Below, one piece after another: positions 39,884 through 50,404 of a stretch of 64,000 bases of DNA. Position numbers and translations under genes: made by a program. Numbering within the stretch: the first letter of the stretch is position 1; each line of letters begins with the position of its first letter. Below the pieces are notes generated by a model. The model was not told the origin of the DNA, made no database searches, and saw only the letters and a program-made list of their open reading frames with translations. This DNA comes from Halorarum halobium (GTDB taxonomy: Archaea > Halobacteriota > Halobacteria > Halobacteriales > Haloferacaceae): the NCBI RefSeq assembly GCF_032116555.1, contig NZ_CP134949.1, forward strand, positions 310,001 through 374,000, given 5' to 3'.

Positions 39884-40786
39884 ATGGATCCGAACGGGAC
39901 CGACGTCCTCTGTCCGCTCGTGACGCCGTTCCTCGGGGACGGCGGGGCCGACGGCGTGGACGTCGAGACGCTGGAAACGCACGTCGAGTGGCTGGTCGAG
40001 GCGGGGATCGACGGCCTCGTGCCGGTCGGGACGACCGGCGAGTTCGCCAGCCTCACCGACGAGGAACGCGAAACGGTGATCCGGACGACCGTCGACGCCG
40101 CGCCGGCGGACGTGCCGGTCGTCGCGGGCGCCGCCGCGACGAGCGTCGTCGACGCCGCCGGGTGGGTCGACCGCGTGGACGACCTCGGCGCCGACGCGGC
40201 GCTCGTCCCGCCGCCGTACTTCCACGGCGCGAGCGGGCCGGCGGGACACCGCCGATTCTTCGAGTCGGTCCTCGCCCGGTCGAGCGGCGACGTGTTCCTC
40301 TACAACTTCCCCGGCCCGGTCGGCGAACCGCTTCCCGCCGAGGTGGCGGTCGCGCTGGCGGAGCGACCACGCGTCCGCGGACTCAAGGATTCGAGCGGCG
40401 ACGTCGACTATCTCGGCCGCGTGCTGGCGCGGACGGGACCGTCGTTCCCGGTGCTCGTCGGCGCCGATTCGCTCCTCGGGACCGGAGTCGCGGTCGGCGC
40501 CGCGGGCGGGGTGAACGGCCTCGCCAACGTCGCCCCGAAACAGCTTCTCGAGATCGCCGAGTTCGCGGGCGAGGGCGACGTCCGCGGCGCGAGGGACCGG
40601 ACCCGCCGGCTCCGCCCGCTGCTCGAGGCCGCCGCCGCGCACGGCTACGCCGGGACCGTCAAGGCCGGCCTGGTGGCCCGCGGGATCTACGGGACGGCGG
40701 CGGTCAGGCCGCCGCTCGTTCCGCCAGCCGAATCGGCGTGCGAGGCGATCGGGGAGGCCGTCTCCACCCTCCTCGAGGAGTCGTAA
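39884..40786 (+). CDS. DHDPS/NAL family aldolase (2-keto-3-deoxy sugar-acid aldolase-like)
   Basis: PLVTPF, GTTGE, PPYF, LYNFP, GLKDSSGD with the Schiff-base Lys. Confidence 0.88.
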   Translation: MDPNGTDVLCPLVTPFLGDGGADGVDVETLETHVEWLVEAGIDGLVPVGTTGEFASLTDEERETVIRTTVDAAPADVPVVAGAAATSVVDAAGWVDRVDDLGADAALVPPPYFHGASGPAGHRRFFESVLARSSGDVFLYNFPGPVGEPLPAEVAVALAERPRVRGLKDSSGDVDYLGRVLARTGPSFPVLVGADSLLGTGVAVGAAGGVNGLANVAPKQLLEIAEFAGEGDVRGARDRTRRLRPLLEAAAAHGYAGTVKAGLVARGIYGTAAVRPPLVPPAESACEAIGEAVSTLLEES

Positions 40787-40829
40787 CCCGCGCTCTCCCC
40801 GGGAATCGGTCGGCGGACGTCCCGCCGGA

Positions 40830-41978
40830 CTACCACTCGGCCACGCTCCCGTCGGGATGGCGCCAGACTGACGCGTCGGGGTCGTTCGTGGTGTCGAGCG
40901 GCCGGAACGCGTCCTCGTCGAGTTCGATCCCCAGTCCCGGGCCGTCCGGGATCTCGACGTAGCCGTCCTCGTACGCGAGCGCCGACGGGTCCGCGAGGTA
41001 GTCCCGGAGTTCGGCCCCCTCGTTGTAGTGGATGTGGAGGCTCTGTTCCTGGATGAGCGCGTTCGGCGTGCAGGCGTCGAGCTGGAGGCACGCGGCCAGC
41101 GCGATCGGTCCCAGGGGGCAGTGGGGCGCGAGCGCGACGTCGTACGCTTCGGCCATGCTGGCGATCTTCTTCACCTCGGTGATGCCGCCGGCGTGTGAGA
41201 GGTCGGGCTGGATCACGTCGACGGCCCCCTGTTCGAACAGACGCTTGAACTCCCAGCGGGAGAACAGCCGTTCGCCCGTGGCGATCGGCGCCGTCGTCTT
41301 CGCGGCGACCGACGGCAGCGCCTCCTCGTGCTCGGGGAGCACCGGCTCCTCGAGCCACAGCGGGTCGTACTCGTCGACCGCGGCGGCAAGCCGCGGCGCC
41401 ATCGGCTTTGCGACCCGCCCGTGGAAGTCGAGCGCGATATCCCGCTCCGGCCCGATTTCGTCCCGGACGGCCGCGACGCGATCGCGGGCCGCCTCGACTT
41501 CCGCGGCGGCGTCGATCCGGCGGAGTTCGGAGGTGGCGTTCATCTTCAGCGCGGTGAAGCCGTCCTCGACGCGCTCGCGGGCCGCCTCGGCGACCTCACC
41601 GGGCCTGTCGCCGCCGATCCACGCGTACACCCGAATCCGGTCGCGCGCTCGCCCGCCGAGCAGGTCGTGGACTGGCGCGCCCAGCGCCTTCCCCTTGAGG
41701 TCCCAGAGCGCCTGGTCGATGCCGGCGATGGCGGCCATGAGCACCGGCCCCCCGCGGTAGAACCCGCCCCGGTACATGGTGCTCCAGTGGTCCTCGATCC
41801 GGGCGGGGTTCTCGCCGACGAGGTAGCTGTCCAGCAGTTTCTCCATCGCCTCCGTGACGGTGTCGTACCCCCCGAGCCCCACGGCCTCCCCCCAGCCGAC
41901 GTGCCCGTCGCTCGTCGTCAGCTTCAGGAACACCCAGCGCGGCTCGACCGCGTACACGGCGTAGTCAGTGATGTGCAT
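40830..41978 (-). CDS. dgoD: D-galactonate dehydratase
   Basis: PRWVFLK, YRGGFYRGGPVLMAAIAGIDQALWD, LKMNA, DFHGR, EEP, TGERL, QPDLSHAGGITE, APHCPLGP. Confidence 0.9.
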   Translation of the reverse strand: MHITDYAVYAVEPRWVFLKLTTSDGHVGWGEAVGLGGYDTVTEAMEKLLDSYLVGENPARIEDHWSTMYRGGFYRGGPVLMAAIAGIDQALWDLKGKALGAPVHDLLGGRARDRIRVYAWIGGDRPGEVAEAARERVEDGFTALKMNATSELRRIDAAAEVEAARDRVAAVRDEIGPERDIALDFHGRVAKPMAPRLAAAVDEYDPLWLEEPVLPEHEEALPSVAAKTTAPIATGERLFSRWEFKRLFEQGAVDVIQPDLSHAGGITEVKKIASMAEAYDVALAPHCPLGPIALAACLQLDACTPNALIQEQSLHIHYNEGAELRDYLADPSALAYEDGYVEIPDGPGLGIELDEDAFRPLDTTNDPDASVWRHPDGSVAEW

Positions 41979-42046
41979 CCGGAAACACCACCGTCGCGGG
42001 TGAACTTTACTCGTTCGGCGCGCGCTTCGGCGAATCCGGTCGTCGC

Positions 42047-44044
42047 CTACGCGGTCCGCACGTCCAGATCGAGGGCCCGTTCGGGAGCGTCGATCACGGC
42101 CAGATCGACGGCCTCGACGGTCGGCCCGCCGAGCACGAAGCGGTCCTCGTCCGCGCCGGCGACCTGCACCCGGTCGCTCGTGAAGTTCAGCACCCAGCAG
42201 TAGCCGTCCCGCCGCATGACGCGCACGCCCTCGGGCAGTCGATCCGTGTAGTCGACGCCGGCGTCGTCCAGCAGGTCGGTCATAAGCGCGTCCACGAGCG
42301 CGTCGTCGGGCCAGCAGCCGCAGTAGGTCGCCGTCCCGCCGCCGACGGCGTTCCTGACGACCGCCGGGCTCCCGTCCGCGGCTCCCCCGCGGTAGCTCCC
42401 TAGCTCCGTCCCCTCGTCGGGGTCGAGCCACGAGGCCCACGTCCGGAACTCGTGGGTCGAGCCGCCGTACTCGAGGCGCGTGTCGAGACGCTCCGGAAGC
42501 GTCTCGTGGCGTTCGACTCGCAGGCCGGCGAGCGACGAGAGGGGGCCGGGCGCGAGCGAGTCGTGGAGCTGATTGGACCGGTCCTTCTCGCCGGTCCGCG
42601 CGCCCAGCAGGAGCGACCCGCCCGACTCGACGTAGTCGGCCAGCGCCGCGACGAGGGCGTCGTCGACGAGGTGGAGCGTCGGCGCGACGACCGCGTCGTA
42701 GCCGTCGAGGTCCGCCCGCGGGGAGACGACGTCCACCTGCAGTCCGCGGGCGCGGAGCGCGTCGTAGTAGGTCCGCAGGTGGTGCCAGTAGTCCCACTCC
42801 GGGGCGTGGGGCTGCTGCTCGGTCGCCCACAGGCTCTCGTAGTCGTGGACGACGGCGACCGGCGCGTCGACCGGACCGAGGTCGAACAGTTCGTCCGCGG
42901 CCGTCGCCGCCTCGTGGTAGCCGCGGTCGGGCGAGCCGTCCTGCCGACGGAGCCCGGCGTGGTACTGTTCCTGTCCCTGACGGCATCGCCGCCAGCGGAA
43001 GTAGACCACCGCGTCGGCGCCGTGTGCGACCGCCTGGTGGGCCCACAGGCGCATCGCCCCGTCGGCCGGTTGCGGCGAGCGGGGCGGCCAGTTCACGTCG
43101 CCGGGCTGCTGTTCCATCACCCAGAACGGTCCGTCGGACGCGCCGCGCTGGAGGTCGTGGTTCATGCTCACCTGGTCGGGGTTGCCGGCCCGCAGCTGGT
43201 CGGCCGTCGCGGGTTCGGGCTGGCGGTCCTGGACGAACCCGGTCGGGTACGAGTCCCACGAGAGGAAGTCGAGGTCCCCGGCGAGCCGGTACGCGTCGAG
43301 CGAGATCTCGCCGACGAAGTTGTGCGTGACCAGCCAGTCGTCGTTCGCCTCGCGGATCAGGTCGGCGTGCAGCCGGTTGTACTCGGCGACGCTGTCGTTG
43401 CTGAACCGCTCGTACTCCAGCAGCCTGGTCGGATGATGCGCGGCGGGCGTCGGGCCCGGCGGCTCGACGCGCTCGAAGCCTTCGTACTGCTGGCTCCAGA
43501 ACGCCGTCCCCCACGCCTCGTTGAGGTCCTCGACGGAGTCGTAGCGCTCGGCGAGCCACGCGCTGAACGCCTCCGAGCAGTCCTCACAGTAGCAGGTGAC
43601 CGTGTCGTGACAGCCGAACTCGTTGTCGGTCTGCCAGCCGACGACGGCGGGATGGTCGGCGTAGCGCTCGGTCAGCCGCCGGACGATCCGTCCCGTCTCC
43701 GCCCGGTAGGTCGGCGAGTTGACGCACGTGAACCGGCGGCTCCCCCACTCGCGGGGCGTCCCGTCCATCTCGCGCTGGCGGACGTCCGGGTGCTCGTCGA
43801 CCAGCCACTTGGGCGGCGTCGCGGTCGGGGTACACAGCACCGCCTCCATCCCGTACTCGTCGACGAGGTCGAGCGCCTCGTCCAGCCAGCCGAACGCGAA
43901 CTCGCCGCGCTCGGGTTCGATCCGGCCCCACGCGAACTCCCCCATGCGCACGTACTCGATGCCCGCGTCGGCCATCTCGCGGACGTCGGTCTCCCACCGC
44001 TCGGCCGGCCAGTGCTCCGGAAAGTAGCAGACGCCGATCGACAT
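42047..44044 (-). CDS. Beta-galactosidase, glycoside hydrolase family 42
   Basis: GVCYFPEHW, GEFAW, TPTATPP, WQTDNEF acid/base, WVMEQQPG nucleophile, EQYHAG. Confidence 0.95.
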   Translation of the reverse strand: MSIGVCYFPEHWPAERWETDVREMADAGIEYVRMGEFAWGRIEPERGEFAFGWLDEALDLVDEYGMEAVLCTPTATPPKWLVDEHPDVRQREMDGTPREWGSRRFTCVNSPTYRAETGRIVRRLTERYADHPAVVGWQTDNEFGCHDTVTCYCEDCSEAFSAWLAERYDSVEDLNEAWGTAFWSQQYEGFERVEPPGPTPAAHHPTRLLEYERFSNDSVAEYNRLHADLIREANDDWLVTHNFVGEISLDAYRLAGDLDFLSWDSYPTGFVQDRQPEPATADQLRAGNPDQVSMNHDLQRGASDGPFWVMEQQPGDVNWPPRSPQPADGAMRLWAHQAVAHGADAVVYFRWRRCRQGQEQYHAGLRRQDGSPDRGYHEAATAADELFDLGPVDAPVAVVHDYESLWATEQQPHAPEWDYWHHLRTYYDALRARGLQVDVVSPRADLDGYDAVVAPTLHLVDDALVAALADYVESGGSLLLGARTGEKDRSNQLHDSLAPGPLSSLAGLRVERHETLPERLDTRLEYGGSTHEFRTWASWLDPDEGTELGSYRGGAADGSPAVVRNAVGGGTATYCGCWPDDALVDALMTDLLDDAGVDYTDRLPEGVRVMRRDGYCWVLNFTSDRVQVAGADEDRFVLGGPTVEAVDLAVIDAPERALDLDVRTA

Positions 44045-44662
44045 ACCCGCACCTCGGAGCCACCCCCTAAATGTCTTTCCGGTCGCCACCCGTCGGGCCC
44101 GCCCCGGTCCGCGCCCGGGTTGGCCGCACCATCGCTCGTCGCCCCGGCACCGAACGGCCGATGCCGTTCCGCTGTGCGGGCAGTCGGAACAGTATGAATA
44201 CGATACTATTCAGCATTGCTACCTTCGAGGGTCCCCCTGACCGCTTCGGTCCAGCACTGTCGCGCGAGCGTCTGTGACAGCCTTAGAGTTGTAAGGGAGA
44301 GCGTGCCGTCCCTCGGCCACCGATCAGAGTCGCCGGAACGGTCGGCGATCGGCGGCCGTCGTGGTCGTAATACTGGATCGAGTTCGGTATCGCTACTCGT
44401 TACTCCTCGCGCTCGGGTCGTGTCGGTCCCGACCGAGAATCGCTCCCGGCCCCGGTCTCCGACGGAACCGGACGGCGCCGCCCCGGACGCTCCACCGTCC
44501 CGGCATCGACGTGCTGTCCGGGCATCGACGTGCTGACGATCGGCGACGACGAGTTCGACCTTCACCGGTTCGAGGAGGTGGCCCCGGCGATCCGGACCGC
44601 TCCGTACCGGCGTCGAGTGGGAGCCGGCGACGGACGACGGCGGGTTCGCCCGTCGACTGGCG

Positions 44663-45759
44663 CTATTCGGTTCCGCCCGCGTCGGGCTCGCTCGTGGACG
44701 CCGGCGTCAACTCCCCGGCCTCGACCATCGATTCGAGCGGGTTGTCGTCGACGTCGAGCGGGAACGTGACCCGCCCGTTCCGCCGGACCGACTCCCACGC
44801 GCCGAAGATCAGTTCGGTCGCGTTCAGCGCGTTTCCGGCGTGGAGTTCGCAGGACCGCCCGGCGTCCAGCGAGTCCACCGCGTCGACGACCGCCCGCCGG
44901 ACGTACTCGTTCATCGGGTCGTGGAGCCCCTCCTCGCCCGTCTCGACGGGCTCCCAGCCCGCGCCGTCCCGGCGGACGCGGAGGTCGACGCCCGGGTCGG
45001 CCTCCGGTCCGATCTCGATGACGCCGTCCGTCCCCACGAGCCGGTTGTGACAGCCAACGAGCGACCGGCCGGCGCCGGTCGCCGCGAACCCGTCGACGCC
45101 GTTGGCGTACTCCCACTGGACGATCGCCTGGTTCTCGTTGTGGACGCCGTACCGCACGTCCCGCTCGTGATAGTCGAGCCCGGCGAGCACCCAGTCTGCG
45201 GCGGTCTCGTCGTTGTAGTAGTTACAGAGGTCGAAGGAGTGGCTGCCGTAGTCGTACAGGTTCGCCGCGCCGAACTCGACGCGCTCGAGCGCCCCGACTT
45301 CACCGTCGTCCAGCAGTCGCTTCGCCGTGCGGAACGGCCGCCCGTACCGGCGCTGATGGTTGAAGGTGAGCTGTACGCCCCGGTTCGCCGCTCGCTCCGC
45401 CATCCCCCGTGAGCCGCCGACGGTGCGCGCCATCGGCTTCTCGCAGTGGATCGCCTCGACCCCGGCGTCGATCGCGTCGCGGACGATGCGTTCGTGGGAC
45501 GCCGGCTGTACGGTGACGCTCAGGACGTCCGGCTCGACGGCCGCGAGGAGCGCGCCGTGACTCTCGTAGACGTCGCCGACGCCGAACTCGTACTCCCGGG
45601 CGAACGCAACGGCCCGCTCCCTGTTGCGGTCCGCACAGGCGACGAGTTCGACGTCGTCGTGGGACCGGTAGGCGTCGGCGTGTTTGTACCCCATGCCGAA
45701 GCTCTCCCCCGACTCGTGGGACCGCGTTCCGGCACCGACGACCGCCGCTGTGTACCCAT
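44663..45759 (-). CDS. Gfo/Idh/MocA oxidoreductase with an apparent 1-nt frameshift right after the start codon (pseudogene or sequence error)
   Basis: Frame GYTAAVVGAG...HCEKPM...FNHQRR...DYGSH; the ATG at 45759 is out of frame by one base. Confidence 0.75.
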
Positions 45760-45928
45760 GCGACCGCGTCTCCCGCGAGCGACTTGTGTACTTCGACGGC
45801 AGGGTGAGGAAACCGGAGAGAGACGCGCCCGCCGGGGGTCGAAGGGGCCGAGGACGCCGCCGAACGACGGCGCTCGCGACAGTCGTGATGGGCAATCGAA
45901 AACCGGGCGGAGCCGATGACGGACCGGC

Positions 45929-47053
45929 TCAGAACGTCTGCTGGGGCGGCGTGACGCCGTCGGTCTTCGTCTTGACGGCGTCGCCCGACTTCGTGTCGAA
46001 CAGGTAGACGGCCTCGGGCGGGAAGTCGAGTCCCACCTCGTCGCCGCTGGTCGGGCGGACCGACGCGTCGGTCCGGGCGACGACCTCCTTGCCGCCGACG
46101 TCGCCGTAGATGAAGTTCTCGTTCCCCATGTTCTCGACGACCGTCACCGTCATCACGCCCCCGCCGGTGTCGATCTCGAGGTCCTCCGGGCGGATGCCGA
46201 GCCGAACCGACTGCCGGTCCTCAAGCGAGGCGTGCGTCATCTCGTACTCGAAGCCGCCGGACCCGACGAGGGTGGCTCCATCGATCGACACGTCGAAGAA
46301 GTTGATGCTCGGGCTCCCGATGAAGTTCGCCACGAACTCGTTCGTCGGATCGCGGTAGAGCGTCTCGGGCGGCCCCACCTGCTGGAGCCGACCGTCCGAG
46401 ATGACCGCGATGCGGTCGCCCATCGCCATCGCCTCGGTCTGGTCGTGGGTGACGTACACCGTCGTCGTCCCCAGTTCGTGCTGGAGCGCCTGGATCTCGG
46501 TCCGCATCTCCGAGCGGAGCTTCGCGTCCAGGTTCGAGAGCGGCTCGTCCATCAGGAACACGTCGGGCTCCCGGACGATTGCGCGCCCGAGCGCGACGCG
46601 CTGCTGCTGGCCGCCCGAGAGCTCGCCGGGTTTCTTCGACAGCAGGTCGCCGATGCCCATCATCTCGGCGATCTCCCCCACGCGTTCCGTGATCTCGGGC
46701 GTCGAGAGCTTCGTCGAGAGCTTCAGCCCGAACCCGAGGTTCTCCTCGACGCTCATGTGGGGGTAGAGCGCGTAGTTCTGGAACACCATCGCCACGTTGC
46801 GGTCCCTCGCCCGCAGGTCGCTCACCTCGTCGCCGTCGAACAGCAGGTCGCCGTCCGTGATGGTCTCCAGCCCGGCGATACACCGGAGCATCGTCGTCTT
46901 ACCGCAGCCGGAGGGGCCGACGAGGACGATGAACTCGCCGTCACGGATCTGGAGGTCGACGTCGTCAACCGCGACGATCTTGTTCCCCTCGACGTCGTGC
47001 TCTTCGTTCGCTTCGTACTTCTTGACGAGTCCGTCGATATCGATTTGCGTCAT
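45929..47053 (-). CDS. Sugar ABC transporter ATP-binding protein (MalK-like)
   Basis: GPSGCGKT, VFQNYALYPHM, LSGGQQQR, DEPLSNLDAKLR. Confidence 0.96.
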   Translation of the reverse strand: MTQIDIDGLVKKYEANEEHDVEGNKIVAVDDVDLQIRDGEFIVLVGPSGCGKTTMLRCIAGLETITDGDLLFDGDEVSDLRARDRNVAMVFQNYALYPHMSVEENLGFGLKLSTKLSTPEITERVGEIAEMMGIGDLLSKKPGELSGGQQQRVALGRAIVREPDVFLMDEPLSNLDAKLRSEMRTEIQALQHELGTTTVYVTHDQTEAMAMGDRIAVISDGRLQQVGPPETLYRDPTNEFVANFIGSPSINFFDVSIDGATLVGSGGFEYEMTHASLEDRQSVRLGIRPEDLEIDTGGGVMTVTVVENMGNENFIYGDVGGKEVVARTDASVRPTSGDEVGLDFPPEAVYLFDTKSGDAVKTKTDGVTPPQQTF

Positions 47054-47059
47054 GCTGTA

Positions 47060-47905
47060 TCACTCCTTCACTGCTCCCGCCAGGATCCCCCGCACGAAGT
47101 ACTTCTGGAGCGCGAGGAACACGATGAACATCGGGAGTATCGCGATCGCCGATGCAACCATCAGTTGGTCGAACGCCACGGTCTGTTGGCCCATGATCTT
47201 CGTGATGGCCACCGGGATGGTGAACTTGTCGGCGCTCAGGACGACGAGCGGCCAGAGGAACAGGTTCCACTGGAACAGGAACAGGATCACCGCCAGCGCC
47301 GCCATCGAGGACTTCATCGACGGCAGCGCGACCCGGTAGTAGAGTTGGAACTCCGAGGCGCCGTCCATCCGCGCCGACTCGAGCAGCGCGTCAGGGATCG
47401 CCTGCATCGTCTGGCGCATGAAGAAGATCCCGACCGGGTACGCGGCCCACGGCAGGATGACCGCCGCGTACGTGTTGGTCATGTTCGTGTTCGACATCAC
47501 GAGGAACAGCGGGATGACCAGCAGGTTGATCGGGATGACGAGCGTCGCCAGGATGCCGACGAAGATCGGCTCCTTGAACCGGAACTCGTACTTGGCGAAC
47601 GCGAAGCCCGCCATCGAACACAGCACCAGCGCGAGCGCCGTGTACACCACGGCGATCAGGATGCTGTTCCACACGCTGTCGAGGAAGTTGACGTACTCCC
47701 GGGACTGGAGCGCCTCCAGGTTCGCGAGGAACTCCCCGCCGGGCAGGAGCTGTGGCAGCCCGCTGCCCGACAGGATCGCCTCCTGTGGCAGGGTCGATGC
47801 GACGACGATCCAGTAGATCGGAACGAGCATGAACAGCGCGGCGGCGACGAGGAAGCCGTAGCCTCCGAACCGCCACAGCGCCTCGGATCTGCTTCGGTCG
47901 TGCAT
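47060..47905 (-). CDS. Carbohydrate ABC transporter permease
   Basis: EAA loop LESARMDGASE; multiple TM helices; GAVKE C-terminus. Confidence 0.95.
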   Translation of the reverse strand: MHDRSRSEALWRFGGYGFLVAAALFMLVPIYWIVVASTLPQEAILSGSGLPQLLPGGEFLANLEALQSREYVNFLDSVWNSILIAVVYTALALVLCSMAGFAFAKYEFRFKEPIFVGILATLVIPINLLVIPLFLVMSNTNMTNTYAAVILPWAAYPVGIFFMRQTMQAIPDALLESARMDGASEFQLYYRVALPSMKSSMAALAVILFLFQWNLFLWPLVVLSADKFTIPVAITKIMGQQTVAFDQLMVASAIAILPMFIVFLALQKYFVRGILAGAVKE

Positions 47906-47906
47906 T

Positions 47907-48884
47907 TCAGTTCACCTTGAGTGGTATCAGCGATAGCCCGATGACGATGCAGACGAGAACGACCGTCAGCGCGCTCCCGTAGCCGAGTTGCAGGTTCTGG
48001 AACGCGATCTCGTAGATGTAGTACACCACCGTGCGCGTCTCCTTGATCGGCGCGCCGGCCCCGATCAGGATCGTCGGCTCGGAGAACTTCTTGAACCCGC
48101 CGATGGTGGACATCACGAGGACGAACACCAGCACGGGTTTGAGCTGCGGGATCGTGACGTACCTGAACTTCTCGAACCGGCTCGCGCCGTCGATCTCGGC
48201 CGCCTCGTACAGCGACTCGGAGATCGTCTGCAGTCCGGCGAGGATGATGATCATGTTGTAGCCGGTCCAGCGCCAGGTCGCCATGAACGCCATCAGGTTC
48301 CGGGACCAGAACCCGTTGCTGAGCCAGTCGATCGGGGTGAGCCCGAGGAGCTGGAAGAACAGGTCGAGCAGTCCGCCCTCCGCGACGATGACGACGAAGA
48401 CGACCGAGTACGCGACCGTGTTGGCCGAGACGGGCAGCAGCATGATGCTCCGGAAGACCCCCTTGAAGCGGGTGAACCCGGCGTTCAACATGACGGCCAG
48501 CCCGATCGCCAGCCCCACGTACAGCGGGACCTCGATCGCGAAGACGTAGGCGGTGTTGAACAGCGCCTGGTGGAAGACGCCGTCGCTCAACAGCCGCTCG
48601 TAGTTCCGGAGCCCCACGAACTCCAGGCTGGCGATCCGCGGGATCGTGACGATCGAGTCGCCGATCTGCATCCAGAACAGCGGCTGCTCGGCGACGCCCT
48701 GGTAGGTGAAAAACGACAGGTACACCGTGTAGAAGATCGGGAACGCGAGGAACGCGAAGAACAGCAGGAAGAACGGGCTGAGAAACAGGTACGGCGTCCC
48801 CGGAATCGAGGGCAGCGTCTCCTTGAACCGCTGGCGCTGGAAGCGGAGGCGATCTGAGAGCTGTACGATGAGCTCCGAGCTCAT
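47907..48884 (-). CDS. Carbohydrate ABC transporter permease
   Basis: FVGLRNY, WRWTGYN, LYEAAEIDGAS. Confidence 0.95.
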   Translation of the reverse strand: MSSELIVQLSDRLRFQRQRFKETLPSIPGTPYLFLSPFFLLFFAFLAFPIFYTVYLSFFTYQGVAEQPLFWMQIGDSIVTIPRIASLEFVGLRNYERLLSDGVFHQALFNTAYVFAIEVPLYVGLAIGLAVMLNAGFTRFKGVFRSIMLLPVSANTVAYSVVFVVIVAEGGLLDLFFQLLGLTPIDWLSNGFWSRNLMAFMATWRWTGYNMIIILAGLQTISESLYEAAEIDGASRFEKFRYVTIPQLKPVLVFVLVMSTIGGFKKFSEPTILIGAGAPIKETRTVVYYIYEIAFQNLQLGYGSALTVVLVCIVIGLSLIPLKVN

Positions 48885-50267
48885 CTATGCGACGTCCCGA
48901 CCGGTGCGGTTCGCGACCCGTTCTGCCGCGCGATCCAGGACCGTCTTCGGCGAGTCGCCCTCGTCGATCATGTTGCGCATCTCCTCGTTGATGATCGTCG
49001 AGACGATCGGCGAGTCGATGTTGAACCGGTAGCCGGGGATGTTGGGCATCTGCTCGATCCAGATCTCCCCGAGGTTCTGCCCCCCGAAGAAGTCGATCCC
49101 CTGGTTGAACCCGTCGTTCTCCCAGGACGGCTCGTGTGCCGTGAAGGTGCCCTCGTTCGCGTACTGTATCCCGTTCTGCTCGGGGCTCGCACACGTGAAC
49201 TCGATGAAGTCCCAGGCGCGGTTCGCCTCCTCCGCGGAGAGCTGTGAGGGGATGACGAGCCCCGAACCGCCCCGGTTGCTCGCGCGATTCCCGCCCTGCT
49301 CGACGGCGGGCAGCTTGAAGCCGCGCCAGTTGCCGGCGGTGTCGCCGATGTTCGAGCGCAGCGTGCCCTGGAACCACGAGCCGGTGGCGTAGCCGGTGAT
49401 CGTCCCCTCGTTGAACCCGGAGAACCACTGCTGGCTCCAGTTGGCGACCCTGTCGACGAGCCCCTCGTTCGCCAGCCGGTTCATGATGCGGGCGGACTGC
49501 AGGCCGGTCTCGCCGTTGAGCACGACGTTGCCGTCCGCGTCGAACTCCTGGCCGCCCTGCATCCGGTTGAGGAACCGCCAGTAGAGGTTCGAGTTCGACG
49601 CGGGCAGCGAGAGCAGCGCGACGTCGTCGGGGAGCTTCTTCCCCTCCTCGATGAGCTGGTCCCACGTTTCGATCTCCTCGTGGGGCGCGAGCCCGTGCTC
49701 GTCCCACACGTCGCGGCGGTAGTAGAGCATCGTCGGCGCGGCGTCGTCCGGGACCGAGTAGATGGCCCCGTCGTCGCCCGACACGGCGTTCAGGTGCCCC
49801 GAGCTGAACTCGTCGACGATCCCGGCCTCCTCCATCCGGGGACGGAGGTCCCGAAGCCCGCCGGTGCTGGCGACCTTCAGCGTCTTCTTCTGTTCGACGA
49901 GCGCCGTCGTCGGCGCGCCCTGTCCGGAGATGATCCGCGTCTGGATCTTGTTGATGAGCTCGCTATACCCCATGTTGGTGTGGGAGATGCTCGTCCCGGT
50001 CTCCTGTGAGTACCGGTCCATGATCCCGCCGTAGGACCCGGACATCTCCCAGAACTCCATCGAGTCGGCCTTCGGACGCGGCGTCGACTCCCCGGAGTCG
50101 GTCGGCGTGGAGTCCCCGCCGGAGCCGTCCGTCTCGGGCTGTTCGGTCGGGGACTGTGTCGGCGGGCTGGAGTTGACCCCCGCACAGCCGGCGAGTCCCG
50201 CGACGCCGACACCACCGATCGCTTTCAACACTGTTCGACGAGTACCGTCCTCTGAGCTGTCTACCAT
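48885..50267 (-). CDS. Carbohydrate ABC substrate-binding lipoprotein (Tat)
   Basis: TRRTVLK and LAGC lipobox; family 1 SBP features (YYRRD, GGSGL). Confidence 0.92.
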   Translation of the reverse strand: MVDSSEDGTRRTVLKAIGGVGVAGLAGCAGVNSSPPTQSPTEQPETDGSGGDSTPTDSGESTPRPKADSMEFWEMSGSYGGIMDRYSQETGTSISHTNMGYSELINKIQTRIISGQGAPTTALVEQKKTLKVASTGGLRDLRPRMEEAGIVDEFSSGHLNAVSGDDGAIYSVPDDAAPTMLYYRRDVWDEHGLAPHEEIETWDQLIEEGKKLPDDVALLSLPASNSNLYWRFLNRMQGGQEFDADGNVVLNGETGLQSARIMNRLANEGLVDRVANWSQQWFSGFNEGTITGYATGSWFQGTLRSNIGDTAGNWRGFKLPAVEQGGNRASNRGGSGLVIPSQLSAEEANRAWDFIEFTCASPEQNGIQYANEGTFTAHEPSWENDGFNQGIDFFGGQNLGEIWIEQMPNIPGYRFNIDSPIVSTIINEEMRNMIDEGDSPKTVLDRAAERVANRTGRDVA

Positions 50268-50404
50268 GGCGAACGTTGGTGATGTCTATAGGGGGATGTA
50301 TATAACTTTGGGTTGGTGACCCATACCGCACTGCGGGGTCGACGCCGACCGAAGACGTCCGACGCATCCAAAGAAATATGGCCGCCGCCGCGGACGCGCT
50401 GGGT

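Noticed and set aside
40830..43559. 909-aa extended galactonate dehydratase
   Set aside because: The upstream part is an alternative frame of the GH42 gene; the real start is 41978.
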